From: an uncultured bacterium
GTDB lineage: Bacteria > Muiribacteriota > UBA6191
Reading direction: 5' to 3'
DNA: 64,000 bases
NCBI GenBank assembly: GCA_964539825.1
Contig: CAZIKF010000001.1
Location: forward strand, 223,478-287,477
Within the stretch, counting starts at the first letter, position 1. Every line of letters starts with the position of its first letter. Made by a program: the position numbers and the translations under genes. Shown here piece after piece: positions 18,648 to 29,065 of this stretch. The notes beneath the pieces are model-generated. The model was given only the letters and a program-made list of their open reading frames with translations, had not been told where the DNA came from and ran no database searches.

Positions 18648-19136
18648 TCATAGGGGATTCGCGTCATACAGTCGTTCGTAGTTGAGTTCTTTCACGATTT
18701 TCAGGATTTCGCGAGGATCTGAAGCGGAGCCGAAATGCTGCCCCTGCCTATCCCAGAACTCAACGTTGACTACTTTTTCATTTACAAAACGGATTTGGAT
18801 CAGTCTAACGGAGGAATCCGGGTCAAAAATATCCCTGTGGTGAAGCATTCCATCTCTGAAATAGGATCGTGAGGCCACAGAGGACGCATTTTCCGGAGAG
18901 TTCTGAATTGTAGTACCGCTAAACGAACGCACTTCCTCGCGATAATAAAAGGCATTGACTCCAAGCTTATGAACTTCGTCTGCATTGACTTCCCTACCGC
19001 TCAAAAAAATCCATGGATTCCATAGAATCGAGTTTAAGTAGAAGAAATAAATAACCAGAAGAATGCCAAAGCCCATCAGGCTAAAGGTTGTAACCGATTG
19101 GGTCAGGCCGGAGTTCTTAGACATGTTCATTAACAA
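18648..19136 (-). CDS. hypothetical membrane-anchored protein (one N-terminal TM)
   Basis: 162-aa ORF with one N-terminal TM segment. I recognise no family. Confidence 0.4.
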   Translation of the reverse strand: MLMNMSKNSGLTQSVTTFSLMGFGILLVIYFFYLNSILWNPWIFLSGREVNADEVHKLGVNAFYYREEVRSFSGTTIQNSPENASSVASRSYFRDGMLHHRDIFDPDSSVRLIQIRFVNEKVVNVEFWDRQGQHFGSASDPREILKIVKELNYERLYDANPL

Positions 19137-19348
19137 GAGTTAATCGTGTAGGTGCGCAAGTATAGTCATGACGAAAAGGAATGGCAACCTAACCATGTGC
19201 ATCAATAAGACTCAAAAGCTCTCTGAGAAGTCAAGGTTGTCATTTTCCTCAGTTCTTTGTAAAATTTTGACTGTTTGACATACTCGCACTTTGAAACCGT
19301 GTAGGGATAGTGCCAACATAAGACCTAAACCCAGGAGGATTTCCGATT

Positions 19349-19759
19349 ATGTGCGAAAACGCTGTTCATAAAGTAGCCGTAGCAATTATTAGAGACGAGG
19401 GTCACATCATAGTAGCCCGTCGACCGGACAAGGGAAGGCTTGCCACACAGTGGGAGTTTCCCGGTGGTTCTGTTACCAATGGATATTCCCACGAAGAGGG
19501 ACTAAAGGATCATCTCGCCAAATTGTACAATCTTGATGTAGTTGTTGGCGATAAAGTTGGCATCGCTGCCCATGATTATGATTTCGGTAGAGTTGAAGTC
19601 ACTGCATTTTATGTAGAGTGCATTTCTAAAAAGCTGAGATTGACAGAGCATCTTGCTTATCGCTGGGTACGACCCAATATGTGCAAAGAGTTCGATATGG
19701 TACAAACAGCCATGCCAATCCTCGAACTCTTAAAACAGCAAAATAACTTCTTTGTCTAA
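19349..19759 (+). CDS. NUDIX-family hydrolase (MutT-like, degenerate Nudix box)
   Basis: WEFPGGSVTNGYSHEEGLKDHLAKLYNLDV resembles GX5EX7REUXEEXGU imperfectly. Size 136 aa. A strong AGGAGG Shine-Dalgarno lies 8 nt upstream. Confidence 0.5.
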   Translation: MCENAVHKVAVAIIRDEGHIIVARRPDKGRLATQWEFPGGSVTNGYSHEEGLKDHLAKLYNLDVVVGDKVGIAAHDYDFGRVEVTAFYVECISKKLRLTEHLAYRWVRPNMCKEFDMVQTAMPILELLKQQNNFFV

Positions 19760-19824
19760 TTTTGCGATCTGGATTGCCTGATTTACCTGAACTCTATCAG
19801 TCTGGTAAATTGGGCGATTTCTCT

Positions 19825-20670
19825 ATGAAAAAATTTCTTGTGCTTTTTTGGGTCGTGAGCCTTTTTGGTTTTATGACCACAGACACCCCTGGATTTGACT
19901 GGGCGTTGCCCGATCAAGATAAAACCAGGGTAGGTAGACGGGGTTTTTTGGAAATAGTCCGCCTACAAAATGAACTTAATAAACACCCTACCCACTCCCA
20001 TCTGCTTGTAGAACTAGGGGCATTGTATTTCCGTAGAGGACACTTGAGCCGCGCTCGGTCTTACTTTAACAGCGCGTTGAATAGAAAGTACTATACCGCA
20101 ACCCTCTACTATTACCTTGGCCTACTGGCCATGAAAGACAATTCGCCTGTCGCTGCCGAAAAGAACTTCTTGCGTGCCTTATCCATGGGAAAGCAGCAGA
20201 ATCCGGAGCACTTTGTTTCCCTGAGTCTGTTTTATTTGAAAGAGAAAAGGTTTGACGCTGGTCTTCGCTGGGCCGCATTAGGTCTAAAGCTGCACCCACA
20301 CTCCCTGAGGCTAAGGGTTCTTTCTTCCTTTCAACTCATCAAGCTCAAGAGATTTAAAGAAGCAGAACTCACCTTGATCGCCTCCCGGAGGCTAGATCCA
20401 GGTAACTCAGCCATACCTTACAATCTTGCCTGCCTTTACGCTCAACTGGGCGATCAAGACGCATCGATTTATCATCTACGTAAAGCCGCCAGAAACGGCT
20501 ATTTAAAACCCCACTTCCCCATGCTTGATGAGAGTTTCGATTCCTTTCGAACCCATCCTCAGTTTCAACTAGCCCTGCAAGATATAGGATTAAATGAGAA
20601 AAAGTTCTATAGGCTCAAGAAACTAAAGTACAGGGTGCGCGAAAAAAGACCCCAGAAATCTACCCAGTAA
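19825..20670 (+). CDS. TPR-repeat protein with a signal peptide
   Basis: The signal peptide MKKFLVLFWVVSLFGF is followed by TPR-like repeats. The ORF runs from 19762, but I prefer the internal Met as the start. Confidence 0.55.
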   Translation: MKKFLVLFWVVSLFGFMTTDTPGFDWALPDQDKTRVGRRGFLEIVRLQNELNKHPTHSHLLVELGALYFRRGHLSRARSYFNSALNRKYYTATLYYYLGLLAMKDNSPVAAEKNFLRALSMGKQQNPEHFVSLSLFYLKEKRFDAGLRWAALGLKLHPHSLRLRVLSSFQLIKLKRFKEAELTLIASRRLDPGNSAIPYNLACLYAQLGDQDASIYHLRKAARNGYLKPHFPMLDESFDSFRTHPQFQLALQDIGLNEKKFYRLKKLKYRVREKRPQKSTQ

Positions 20671-20671
20671 G

Positions 20672-21100
20672 GCGTAGCGTCGCTACGGACGACAAGGGAA
20701 ACGCTAGACCATGCACCGTTTGGAAGAAAAGTGAGACAAGAGTTGCGATACCCGGTGGGTGAGGAGTCGAATTCGGGAGGTTTGACGTCAGCCTGGGGTT
20801 TCGAGAAGTAGTATGGGGTAGTGATTCGTGAGGAGTGCGTAGCGTCGCTACGGACGACAAGGGAAACGCTAGACCATGCACCGTTTGGAAGAAAAGTGAG
20901 ACAAGAGTTGCGATACCCGGTGGGTGAGGAGTCGAATTCGGGAGGTTTGACGTCAGCCTGGGGTTTCGAGAAGTAGTATGGGGTAGTGATTCGTGAGGAG
21001 TGCGTAGCGTCGCTACGGACGACAAGGGAAACGCTAGACCATGCCGCTTCTCGGAAGAACAGGGTAGTCAACCCTCCCGAATTCGACTCCTCGCCCACCA
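20672..21100. repeat. 165-bp tandem direct repeat, 2 full copies plus a 43-bp partial third copy whose tail is a diverged inverted copy of the repeat core
   Basis: The unit start GCGTAGCGTCGCTACGG recurs at 20672, 20837 and 21002, so the period is exactly 165 bp. Each unit carries the palindrome CGTAGCGTCGCTACG and the core GGTGGGTGAGGAGTCGAATTCGGGAGG. The third copy diverges after 21044 and ends with CCTCCCGAATTCGACTCCTCGCCCACC, the reverse complement of that core. Confidence 0.9.
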
Positions 21101-22405
21101 CTAATTATGTAGGCGAAATTCCAATCCTCTGCTGAGTTTGGGGTCTTTCCAGGGCACCAGGCTTATCTGCTTAGCCCTGCGATTGAAGAGCACCATAACC
21201 ATTCCTGCCGCAAAGAGAAGAAAACCGACATCCATCCAGTGAAAATACCCGCCATCACGATGAGCCGGCATCACTATGAAATAAAGGTCGAAAATATGGG
21301 CAAGAATCAGCCATTTCGCCATAAATAACAATCTTCCAGGATTGGTTTTTTGATTCCTGGATAAAAGAGCGAAAAAAGGTATCACAAAATGAAAAATGAT
21401 CAAAAACCAAGCGATAACGGTCCAGCCCTCTCCATAACGATGAGCAAACCAAATGGTTTCTTCAGGCAGGTTCCCGTACCAGATGAGCATAAATTGTGAG
21501 AATGCGATATATGCCCAAAAGGTGTTGAAGGCGAACATCAACAAACCAAGGCTATAGTAGGAGTCGCGGTGAATGTCGGGATGCAGATAGCCAGCTTCCT
21601 TTAGCTTAACGGTAATAATTGTAATCAAAGAAATGGCGGCTACGAGGGTACCCGCAAAGTAATAAACTCCAAACATGGTTGAAAACCAGTGGGGTTCCAG
21701 GCTCATCATGAAATCAACCGCTGACATGGTTAAAGTGACCGGAAAAACGAGCATGAAAATAGCCGCTATTCTTATGTTGATCCCTGTTAATTTCTGATCA
21801 CCCGTCTCATCCTGTTTCAGGGAATTACGAGTAAACCAATAATAGAAGAGGTACCAGAGACCAAAACACAAAATGACCCGGACCAGGAAGAATCCTTCAT
21901 TCAGATAGCCTCTTTTTCCCTCAATTATTGGATCTTTTTCGTGAGAAGAAGCTGCCCCCTGTTTGGCATCATGAGACTCTTGCTTCGATTGATCTGCTGC
22001 GTCTGATCCATGAGAACTGCCATGTTGAGCAGAAGCCTCGGCATGATGAGTTGGGAGCCAGTGGTGATAAAGCTTGGGCATCCCGCCAAAGAAGAGGATA
22101 GGAATAGCCAGGAGACCGACCCATGGAATCATCGATGCCAGGCATTCAAAAACCCTTCTAAACGGCGTACTCCAAATCGCGCCGGTAATGTACTCCAAGG
22201 CAACATAGAACAGCGAGCCTACGGCAATACTAACCATAAGCATATACATAATCAGGTAGTTATGCCAAAAACGCGTGGCATCACTCCACAGGGTCAGAAT
22301 AGCGCAGGCAGCGCCAAGCACTATCAGGGCCAGCCCAAGGGTGCCAACTGAACTTGCTACGGGACTATGTTTGTACTCGTGAAAAGGAATCTGCTCGTTA
22401 CTCAT
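21101..22405 (-). CDS. actF: Alternative Complex III subunit ActF (NrfD-like polytopic membrane subunit)
   Basis: 434-aa, about 10-TM NrfD/PsrC-like protein, last in the actABCDEF order. It contains a His/Ser/Gln-rich low-complexity loop. Confidence 0.75.
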   Translation of the reverse strand: MSNEQIPFHEYKHSPVASSVGTLGLALIVLGAACAILTLWSDATRFWHNYLIMYMLMVSIAVGSLFYVALEYITGAIWSTPFRRVFECLASMIPWVGLLAIPILFFGGMPKLYHHWLPTHHAEASAQHGSSHGSDAADQSKQESHDAKQGAASSHEKDPIIEGKRGYLNEGFFLVRVILCFGLWYLFYYWFTRNSLKQDETGDQKLTGINIRIAAIFMLVFPVTLTMSAVDFMMSLEPHWFSTMFGVYYFAGTLVAAISLITIITVKLKEAGYLHPDIHRDSYYSLGLLMFAFNTFWAYIAFSQFMLIWYGNLPEETIWFAHRYGEGWTVIAWFLIIFHFVIPFFALLSRNQKTNPGRLLFMAKWLILAHIFDLYFIVMPAHRDGGYFHWMDVGFLLFAAGMVMVLFNRRAKQISLVPWKDPKLSRGLEFRLHN

Positions 22406-23628
22406 TTTAGATCTGACTCCTTAGCATCCACGGCCCGTTGAAGGGCCCTGAGATATAGAATGATGGACCAGCGATCTTGTTCTTTGATTTGCTTCGCGTA
22501 AGAAGGCATAGCATTCTGCCCCTCTACAATCACATGGTAAATCCTTCCGTCACTAAAACCTTTCATCTTCTTGGAATGTAAACTAGGCGGACGTAGACCC
22601 TTTGCTGCTTCTCGGTTTGAAACCTTCCCATCTCCCTTTCCAAAGTCTCCATGACATAGGGCGCAGTAGATCTGGTACATTTCCTTCCCGCGGGTCAGAT
22701 TGGCTTCATTCACGACGAGGGGATTGGTCAATAAGCGGCCTGCCTGATCAGGAGTCTTGGAGAACTGATAAGGCATAAATCCTCTGGCAACAGTACCCTC
22801 AACGGGCCTTTGCATTCCTCGGCCATCCTTAAAAATAGGCTTCTTATTTTCGTCCAGCAAAGAGGCCTCTTGAGGCATCAATTTTTTCTGGGTTTCCATC
22901 CAGGTCCATGGGGCCATATACAGCACTTTATTAAAAATCAAATAGAACTTGGTTGAAACTCCACCGATCACGGCAAGTAGTATTCCAAAGAAAACAATGG
23001 AGGAAAGAAAAGAAGGGGGTCTCTTGTAAGGCTGCCTGACAGATTGAATAGCCGCCCCCCCCACATCTTCCAGAAATGTTTTAACCGAAGCTTCATCGAA
23101 AGAAGGATCACTGGCCTCGATACAGAGTCCAAAGTGGTCTGAAGAAACTGACCGCATATATTCTGTATCATGGAGAGGGTGTGAGTTGCCCGGCAGGTTA
23201 CAGAAGAACATAATCATGGATGCCGCTGTAGCAAGGGCGCAGAATAGTACCGTTAACTCGAACATAACGGGCACAAATGCCGGTAGTGAAAAGAGCGGCT
23301 TTCCACCGATTACAAATGGGTATCGCTCCAGCCAACTGGGCAGCATGAGAAGATCGGAGCCGATTCCACCCAGGGGATTACCAAGCGTGTACCACTGAAA
23401 AAGTACCGCGACGATAAAACCAATCAGGGCAAATACCAGGGAAACATAAGGGAGCTTGGTCCCTTTGAGTTTCATAGCATGGTCCATACCATGGACCGGA
23501 TAGGGAGTGTGTACATCAAAGTCCTGATATCCCGCCTCTACGGTTTTCTCCGCAGCGTTAATAATTGCGTCAGGAGACTTGAATAGAGCTACTACTGAGT
23601 GAAGTCTTCTACTCATGATCACCTCCAT
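22402..23628 (-). CDS. actDE: fused ACIII subunits ActD (membrane domain) and ActE (mono-haem cytochrome c)
   Basis: The N-terminal ActD-like region ([39 protein letters not shown]) is followed by TM segments. The C-terminus has the single haem site [13 protein letters not shown]. It overlaps actC and actF by 4 nt each. Confidence 0.7.
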   Translation of the reverse strand: MEVIMSRRLHSVVALFKSPDAIINAAEKTVEAGYQDFDVHTPYPVHGMDHAMKLKGTKLPYVSLVFALIGFIVAVLFQWYTLGNPLGGIGSDLLMLPSWLERYPFVIGGKPLFSLPAFVPVMFELTVLFCALATAASMIMFFCNLPGNSHPLHDTEYMRSVSSDHFGLCIEASDPSFDEASVKTFLEDVGGAAIQSVRQPYKRPPSFLSSIVFFGILLAVIGGVSTKFYLIFNKVLYMAPWTWMETQKKLMPQEASLLDENKKPIFKDGRGMQRPVEGTVARGFMPYQFSKTPDQAGRLLTNPLVVNEANLTRGKEMYQIYCALCHGDFGKGDGKVSNREAAKGLRPPSLHSKKMKGFSDGRIYHVIVEGQNAMPSYAKQIKEQDRWSIILYLRALQRAVDAKESDLK

Positions 23629-24982
23629 GATGGGTGGGCTGCGCGCAATCGGAAACCGCCTTGACTTCAGACATGGATGTGACCGGCATGAATCGGGAAA
23701 ATAGAATTACACCGGTAAAAAAGAATCCGAAGCTTCCCAGCAATAATGAAAAATCCCAGATTGTTGGAATAAAGTCGCCCCAGGATGAGGGCAGGTAGTC
23801 CCTGTGGAGAGAACTAACCACAATCACGAATCTCTCAAACCACATTCCAATATTGGTAGTTATGGATACGATGAATAGAACTACCAGGGAGTTACGACAT
23901 TTCTTAAACCAAAAAACTTGTGGAATGAGCGTGTTACAAGTGACCATGATCCAGTAGCCCCATGCGTAGGTACCAAAGGCTCTGTTAATAAAAACATATT
24001 GTTCAAATTCCACACCGCTATACCAGGCTATAAAAAACTCCATGCTGTAGGCATATCCAACCATTAGCCCCGTAGCCATCAGCACCTTTGACATGCGTTC
24101 CAGGTGCAGCATGGTAATGATATGCTCCAGGTGGTAGATCCTACGCACAACCAAAAGAACCGTGATTACCATGGCAAATCCTGAGAAGATTGCACCCGCC
24201 ACAAAGTAGGGCGGAAAGATGGTTGTATGCCATCCAGGAACAATGGAGACCGCGAAGTCCATGCTCACAATAGAGTGAACGGAAAGTACCAGGGGAGTGC
24301 ATAGACCCGCAAGAATCAGGTATGCCCTCTCATAATGCTGCCAGTGGCGATTAGAAAAACGCCATCCCAGGCTAAAAATGGTATAGATCGTTTTCTTCAA
24401 TTTTGCTGTGGTACGGTCCCTCATTGTGGCAAAATCAGGCACCAATCCGATGTACCAAAATACGAAGGAAACAGTGAAATAAGTACTTACCGCAAAAACA
24501 TCCCAGAGTAAGGGGGAACGAAAATTCACCCACAGAGCTCTCTCATTGGGGTAGGGGAGCAAATAATGAGCAAGCCATGGTCTACCCGTATGGAGTAGGG
24601 GAAACAACAGGGCGGTGATTACCGCAAATATCGTCATAGCTTCGGCAAACCTGGCAATCCCTGTACGCCAATTTTGTCTCATCAAAAACAAGATCGCTGA
24701 GATGAGGGTTCCGGCGTGGCCAATCCCGATCCAGAAAACGAAATTCACGATCGGAAAACCCCAGGCTACGGTATTATTGTTACCCCAAACTCCTACGCCA
24801 TCCAGCAGAAGCTTGAGCACCGATACAATTCCAATTCCTAAACAGAAGAGCGCTATTCCTAAGGCTGTATAAAATTCCTTGTGTCGAGGATTCTCCATCG
24901 GGTCGGCGATGGCATCATCAATCTCTCGAAGATCTGTCGTTCCCTCTACGAGAGGGAGTGGCTTCGAATAATCAATACTCAC
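23609..24982 (-). CDS. actC: ACIII subunit ActC (NrfD/PsrC-like quinol-oxidising membrane subunit)
   Basis: 457-aa polytopic NrfD-family protein immediately after actB. There is a 4-nt overlap (ATGA) with actB. Confidence 0.8.
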   Translation of the reverse strand: MSIDYSKPLPLVEGTTDLREIDDAIADPMENPRHKEFYTALGIALFCLGIGIVSVLKLLLDGVGVWGNNNTVAWGFPIVNFVFWIGIGHAGTLISAILFLMRQNWRTGIARFAEAMTIFAVITALLFPLLHTGRPWLAHYLLPYPNERALWVNFRSPLLWDVFAVSTYFTVSFVFWYIGLVPDFATMRDRTTAKLKKTIYTIFSLGWRFSNRHWQHYERAYLILAGLCTPLVLSVHSIVSMDFAVSIVPGWHTTIFPPYFVAGAIFSGFAMVITVLLVVRRIYHLEHIITMLHLERMSKVLMATGLMVGYAYSMEFFIAWYSGVEFEQYVFINRAFGTYAWGYWIMVTCNTLIPQVFWFKKCRNSLVVLFIVSITTNIGMWFERFVIVVSSLHRDYLPSSWGDFIPTIWDFSLLLGSFGFFFTGVILFSRFMPVTSMSEVKAVSDCAQPTHHGGDHE

Positions 24983-27900
24983 GATTTCTCCTCCTCATGG
25001 GCGTTTCTCAGTTTTGCCAGGTAGGTGATATTTGGACGGACCATTAACTCTTCCAATACTTTATATTCAAGGTTGCTATCCTGATATGCTCGTAATGGGT
25101 CTTTGGGGTCGTTGGTGTCCCCAAAAATAATTGCGCTGGCATTGCAGGCATCCTGACAGGCAACTGTAATCTCAGCCCCTTTGAACTCCCGCTTTTCTTC
25201 TTTGGCCAATTGACGACCCTCGTAGATTCGCTGTACACAAAAGCTACATTTTTCCATTACCCCTCTAGAGCGAACCGTCACCTCTGGATTGTGAGCTAAA
25301 GTGGCGACAGGCCTCTCGTATTGAGCATTACCCACATGCCTGCGGAAGTTGAGAAAATTAAAGCGACGAACTTTATAAGGGCAGTTCGCTGCACAGTACC
25401 TGGTACCCACGCAGCGATTATAGGCCATACCATTTAACCCATCGGGAGTATGGGTTGTTGCCGCTACCGGACAGACATTTTCACAGGTAGCATTATCGCA
25501 TTGCTGGCAAAGCATGGGCTGCAGAGAAACTACCGGCTTCTCGATGGTCCCTGAGTAGTATCGATCAATGCGAATCCAATGCATCTCTCGATTCTGCCTT
25601 ACCTGCTCCTTGCCCACCACGGGAACATTGTTCTCAGCACTACAAGCAACGATACACTCATTACATCCCGTGCACTTGTTCAGATCGATAGCCATGCCCC
25701 ATTTCTGCCCTTTATACTCGTGTTCTTCCGTATAAAGACTCTTTACGTGGCTCCTCTTCTTGGCCATTTTCGCTTTAACGAAATCTGGATGTTTGCGATA
25801 ATCGGCGAGGGTAGATTCATGGATGATTCCCCTGCGCAGGTGGGCATCTTTCGTGATCTTAGCCAACATAGGAATGGAGCCAATGTTAAATCCGCCATGT
25901 TCTTGTGTAGAAACCAACTCGTAACTTCCCCAGCGCTTCTTTACCTCGGATCCAGAAAAAATCCAGTCTCCCTGAACTCGATCTTTAGTCAGCAGAGAGG
26001 ATGCATCATGTCCCACATTTGTTCCCACTCTACCTGCGACTCTACGTCCATATCCCAGCTCAATCGAGATGGTCTGATCAGCCATTCCGGGTTGAATAAA
26101 GACTGGAAAGAGTGCACTTCGGGAACCTATTTGAACATCAATTAGGCTATTTTGCTCTACCTGTAGCTTTTTAGCGGTATCTGCTGAGATGGCCGCGTAA
26201 TTATCCCAAACTACTTTGGAAACCGGATGCGGGAGCTCTAATAGCCAGCCGTTATTGGATAGCTTTCCATCACCCACCGTGTAGTTTTCGTGCAAGTGCA
26301 CCGCAAACTTACCCAGGTCAACCTTTTGAGGTTCAATCAACAAGAACTGGGCCAGGCCATAAGAGGCTCGGGGTGGTGTCTTTTCCCGAAAAGTCACAAA
26401 TCCATCATGTAGGGCGGAGTTCCAAAAGGTGGTGAAATTAACACTCTTACCAATGACTGGATAGACCGATGCTCTCCAATAATCCCTGAGGAAATCATGA
26501 TAATCCGATTCTTTGTATTCGCCCTTTTGCCAGCCGAGTAAAATTCCTTCCATCTGGCGGGAATTAAACAGTGGGGAAACTACGGGCTGCTGAAGCCCAA
26601 TAATGTCGGTTTGAACTTTTGCGTCTCCCCATGATTCAAGAAGATGATGCATGGGCAAAACATAATGCGCTCGTCTGGAGGTTTCGTTTTCAACCTCCAC
26701 CATGGAAACAATCATGGGAACTTTTTGCAGTGCTTTTTCATAGCCCAGATTCACGGGAAGATGAAAAACTGGGTTCACATCACAATGAATCACAGCCCCA
26801 ACTTTGCCCGCTTTCATATCACTGACAAGGGATTCCCACTCTGAAATTCCACTCAGGGGATGGATTTCCTGATGGCGCTTGGCCAGAAACAAGTCTTTCG
26901 CGTCGAGGACTTCATTAAGAAAATGGACTGCTTGATGAAGGTCCTGGGAATGCGAGTCTCCGGCATGAACCAGGGCGCTACCACGCTCCTTTTGAAGATC
27001 TGACACTAGCCCCTTAACAAGATCTGGATCCATCTGGTTATTTCGTACGAATGAGTCCAAATCATAGGATTCCAGTTTTTTGCGCACAGCAGCGTTTTGC
27101 GCATACTTCGATACCTTATTTTTGATTACAAGTTGATGGAGAAGTGAGAAGACGAACTCCAGATGAAGATCTGGTCGAAGAGAAAGGCGATGGTCCGCTG
27201 ACATTCCCGTCGGACTCATACTACCCTCTACCGAATACAATCGATTGAAGTGATCAGGCTCCAGACCGTCCCTACGGCTTGCGTAGCGCCTAACATTAGA
27301 AACTCTACCACTACCCTTGCCAAGGAAGTCTGATTCTAAGGCTAGAATAACATTTGCCTTATCCCAGGCAATTAAGGGTTGTTCGGATTCTCCATAAGCC
27401 TCCTCCCAGGAACGCTTTCTGGGAGTGGAGTGAAAGTAGTCAAAAGTATATGCTTTGGTAGTTGGAAAGGTTCGTCGGAACTTAGAAAGTAGGGCGGTGA
27501 TGCTAGGAGAAACCACCCTGGGTAAAATCAGGGCGATGGACTTACCAGCCTTGGCGGCGTCAGCCAATGCCTGGCGCACATCCTTATCGACTAATTCCCA
27601 ATCAACCGGTTCAACTTTTCCTTCAACTGAATTACTCACCGGCTTACGAAGCCTGTCAGGATCATATAAAGAGAGTGACTGTGCCTGTCCTTTGGCGCAG
27701 ATCTTGCCCCGGTTGACAGGATGCTGGGGATTGCCATCAACTTTTATGGGACGACCCTCTCGAGTCTTGACCAATATGCCGCAGGAATCAGAGCAGCCCG
27801 TGCAGCTTGATGCGTAATAATTCGCGATTCCGGGAGTAATTTCTGCGGGTTTTTGATTATAGGGAACAATCGTGCCCTTACCCGTATAACTAGAGCAGCC

Positions 27901-28107
27901 AGCCCCAGCTAACGCGGCTGAAGCACCCATAAGAGCGAGGAAACGCCTCCGGTTCACAGGAGCCATCGCCTCAATATCGAGATCTTCAAATGTCCCTTCG
28001 GCAAACTCCGATACACTCTCCTCTTTTGAGTCAGAATCTCGATGAAAATCCTCGAAACTTCGCCAAAAATTTTCGGTACCAGGACCGCTTTCAGAGTGAT
28101 GACCCAT
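24979..28107 (-). CDS. actB: ACIII subunit ActB: molybdopterin-oxidoreductase-like domain fused to a 4Fe-4S ferredoxin domain, with a Tat signal
   Basis: The N-terminal FWRSFEDF box and twin-arginine motif [19 protein letters not shown] are present. The large domain is MopB-like and lacks a cofactor Cys signature. The C-terminal domain has several CxxCxxCxxxCP ferredoxin clusters ([21 protein letters not shown]). Length 1042 aa. Confidence 0.85.
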   Translation of the reverse strand: MGHHSESGPGTENFWRSFEDFHRDSDSKEESVSEFAEGTFEDLDIEAMAPVNRRRFLALMGASAALAGAGCSSYTGKGTIVPYNQKPAEITPGIANYYASSCTGCSDSCGILVKTREGRPIKVDGNPQHPVNRGKICAKGQAQSLSLYDPDRLRKPVSNSVEGKVEPVDWELVDKDVRQALADAAKAGKSIALILPRVVSPSITALLSKFRRTFPTTKAYTFDYFHSTPRKRSWEEAYGESEQPLIAWDKANVILALESDFLGKGSGRVSNVRRYASRRDGLEPDHFNRLYSVEGSMSPTGMSADHRLSLRPDLHLEFVFSLLHQLVIKNKVSKYAQNAAVRKKLESYDLDSFVRNNQMDPDLVKGLVSDLQKERGSALVHAGDSHSQDLHQAVHFLNEVLDAKDLFLAKRHQEIHPLSGISEWESLVSDMKAGKVGAVIHCDVNPVFHLPVNLGYEKALQKVPMIVSMVEVENETSRRAHYVLPMHHLLESWGDAKVQTDIIGLQQPVVSPLFNSRQMEGILLGWQKGEYKESDYHDFLRDYWRASVYPVIGKSVNFTTFWNSALHDGFVTFREKTPPRASYGLAQFLLIEPQKVDLGKFAVHLHENYTVGDGKLSNNGWLLELPHPVSKVVWDNYAAISADTAKKLQVEQNSLIDVQIGSRSALFPVFIQPGMADQTISIELGYGRRVAGRVGTNVGHDASSLLTKDRVQGDWIFSGSEVKKRWGSYELVSTQEHGGFNIGSIPMLAKITKDAHLRRGIIHESTLADYRKHPDFVKAKMAKKRSHVKSLYTEEHEYKGQKWGMAIDLNKCTGCNECIVACSAENNVPVVGKEQVRQNREMHWIRIDRYYSGTIEKPVVSLQPMLCQQCDNATCENVCPVAATTHTPDGLNGMAYNRCVGTRYCAANCPYKVRRFNFLNFRRHVGNAQYERPVATLAHNPEVTVRSRGVMEKCSFCVQRIYEGRQLAKEEKREFKGAEITVACQDACNASAIIFGDTNDPKDPLRAYQDSNLEYKVLEELMVRPNITYLAKLRNAHEEEKS

Positions 28108-28109
28108 TT

Positions 28110-28295
28110 TTATCCTCTTTTCTTCCGGCTAACTGCGTTTGGATGTAGATCAACATTGGGTACTACGATGTTGTCGGTTCCAGAAATTTCCTGCCTGGCC
28201 AGCTCTAGTGTCCCCAATACACCAGCACCCATGGCTGAAAAGAACTTGCGTCGACTGGACTTGGCAGGGAATTTCTGTTTTTCGTCTGAACTCAT
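28110..28295 (-). CDS. small ORF (61 aa) with a twin-arginine-like motif between actA and actB
   Basis: SRRKFFSAMGAGVLGTLELA resembles the ActB Tat signal ([18 protein letters not shown]), and the two DNAs share ATGGGTGCT. Its stop lies 2 nt before the actB ATG. Its coding status is uncertain. Confidence 0.3.
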   Translation of the reverse strand: MSSDEKQKFPAKSSRRKFFSAMGAGVLGTLELARQEISGTDNIVVPNVDLHPNAVSRKKRG

Positions 28296-28304
28296 AACCG
28301 CATC

Positions 28305-28880
28305 CTAACGATGACAGGCAACACAATGTTGTGGCCCCTGGATTTGCTTCACTACTTCCTTATCCTTGATTTCGTCATGAGCCTTACGATGGCAGGCAAG
28401 GCAGGTACCCATGGTCAATGATTTGGCATGAGTGACTACTTCCATCTCACGAACATTGCCATGACATTCAGTACAGTCCAGACCCTTGTTTATATGGATA
28501 CTGTGATTAAAGTACACATAATCGGCTACTCTATGTACTCGAGCCCAGGGAAGTGGTTTATTTTCATTGAAATAGCTCGTTAATTTCTGAATTTCGGGAT
28601 TATCTTTTTTCACAACCGAATGGCAGTTCATGCAAGTATCTACCGAAGGTACGGTAGCGTGCCTGCTCTTATCAGCACCCACATGACAGTAACGGCAGTC
28701 GATACTCATTTCTCCCGCGTGAAGTTTATGAGAAAACTTGATTGGCTGCTCTGGCGTGTACCCCACATGATTTCTCTCGTCGAAGGAATAAAAAAATGTT
28801 GTGAAATAGGTGGTTAGAGCCACCAGGAGGAGGATCGGAAGCCGAACCCTGATGTTATAATCCAGCATCGCTTTGTCCAT
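28305..28880 (-). CDS. actA: ACIII subunit ActA, membrane-anchored pentahaem cytochrome c
   Basis: There are five CxxCH motifs (CRYCH, CMNCH, CTECH, CLACH, CVACH) after an N-terminal TM anchor. Length 191 aa. Confidence 0.8.
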   Translation of the reverse strand: MDKAMLDYNIRVRLPILLLVALTTYFTTFFYSFDERNHVGYTPEQPIKFSHKLHAGEMSIDCRYCHVGADKSRHATVPSVDTCMNCHSVVKKDNPEIQKLTSYFNENKPLPWARVHRVADYVYFNHSIHINKGLDCTECHGNVREMEVVTHAKSLTMGTCLACHRKAHDEIKDKEVVKQIQGPQHCVACHR

Positions 28881-29065
28881 TAGTTCCCTTTCCTGAGATA
28901 GTTCTGACTAAGACCTAAGCCTGAGCCGCCGAATTGTAAACCGGATTATATTATCTAGATACCCTCAAATCAAACTTAATCTTCCCCCCGAGGATTTACG
29001 GGAATTAAGCCTGGCTAGCATTGGAACACCAGTGAAAAAGAGGGCAGAACTCAGCTTTTCCGACA

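Noticed and set aside
19270-19310. TTGACA ... TAGGGAT sigma-70-like promoter upstream of the NUDIX gene
   Set aside because: The spacer is about 21 nt, which is too long for a canonical -35/-10 pair. I left it unannotated.
20607-21101. ORFs of 164 aa and 121 aa (20660..21025) spanning the 165-bp tandem repeat and translating into repeated peptide blocks
   Set aside because: They are generated by the DNA repeat and start with GTG at the actF stop. They are low-complexity and overlap the 3' end of the TPR gene. There is no Shine-Dalgarno and no family resemblance. I treat the region as non-coding repeat.
29027-29041. Possible sigma-54 -24/-12 element upstream of actA (reverse complement TGGTGTTCCAATGCT)
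   Set aside because: GG and GC are present but the spacing is off by one and the -24 box is poor (TGGTGT versus TGGCAC). I did not call it a promoter.
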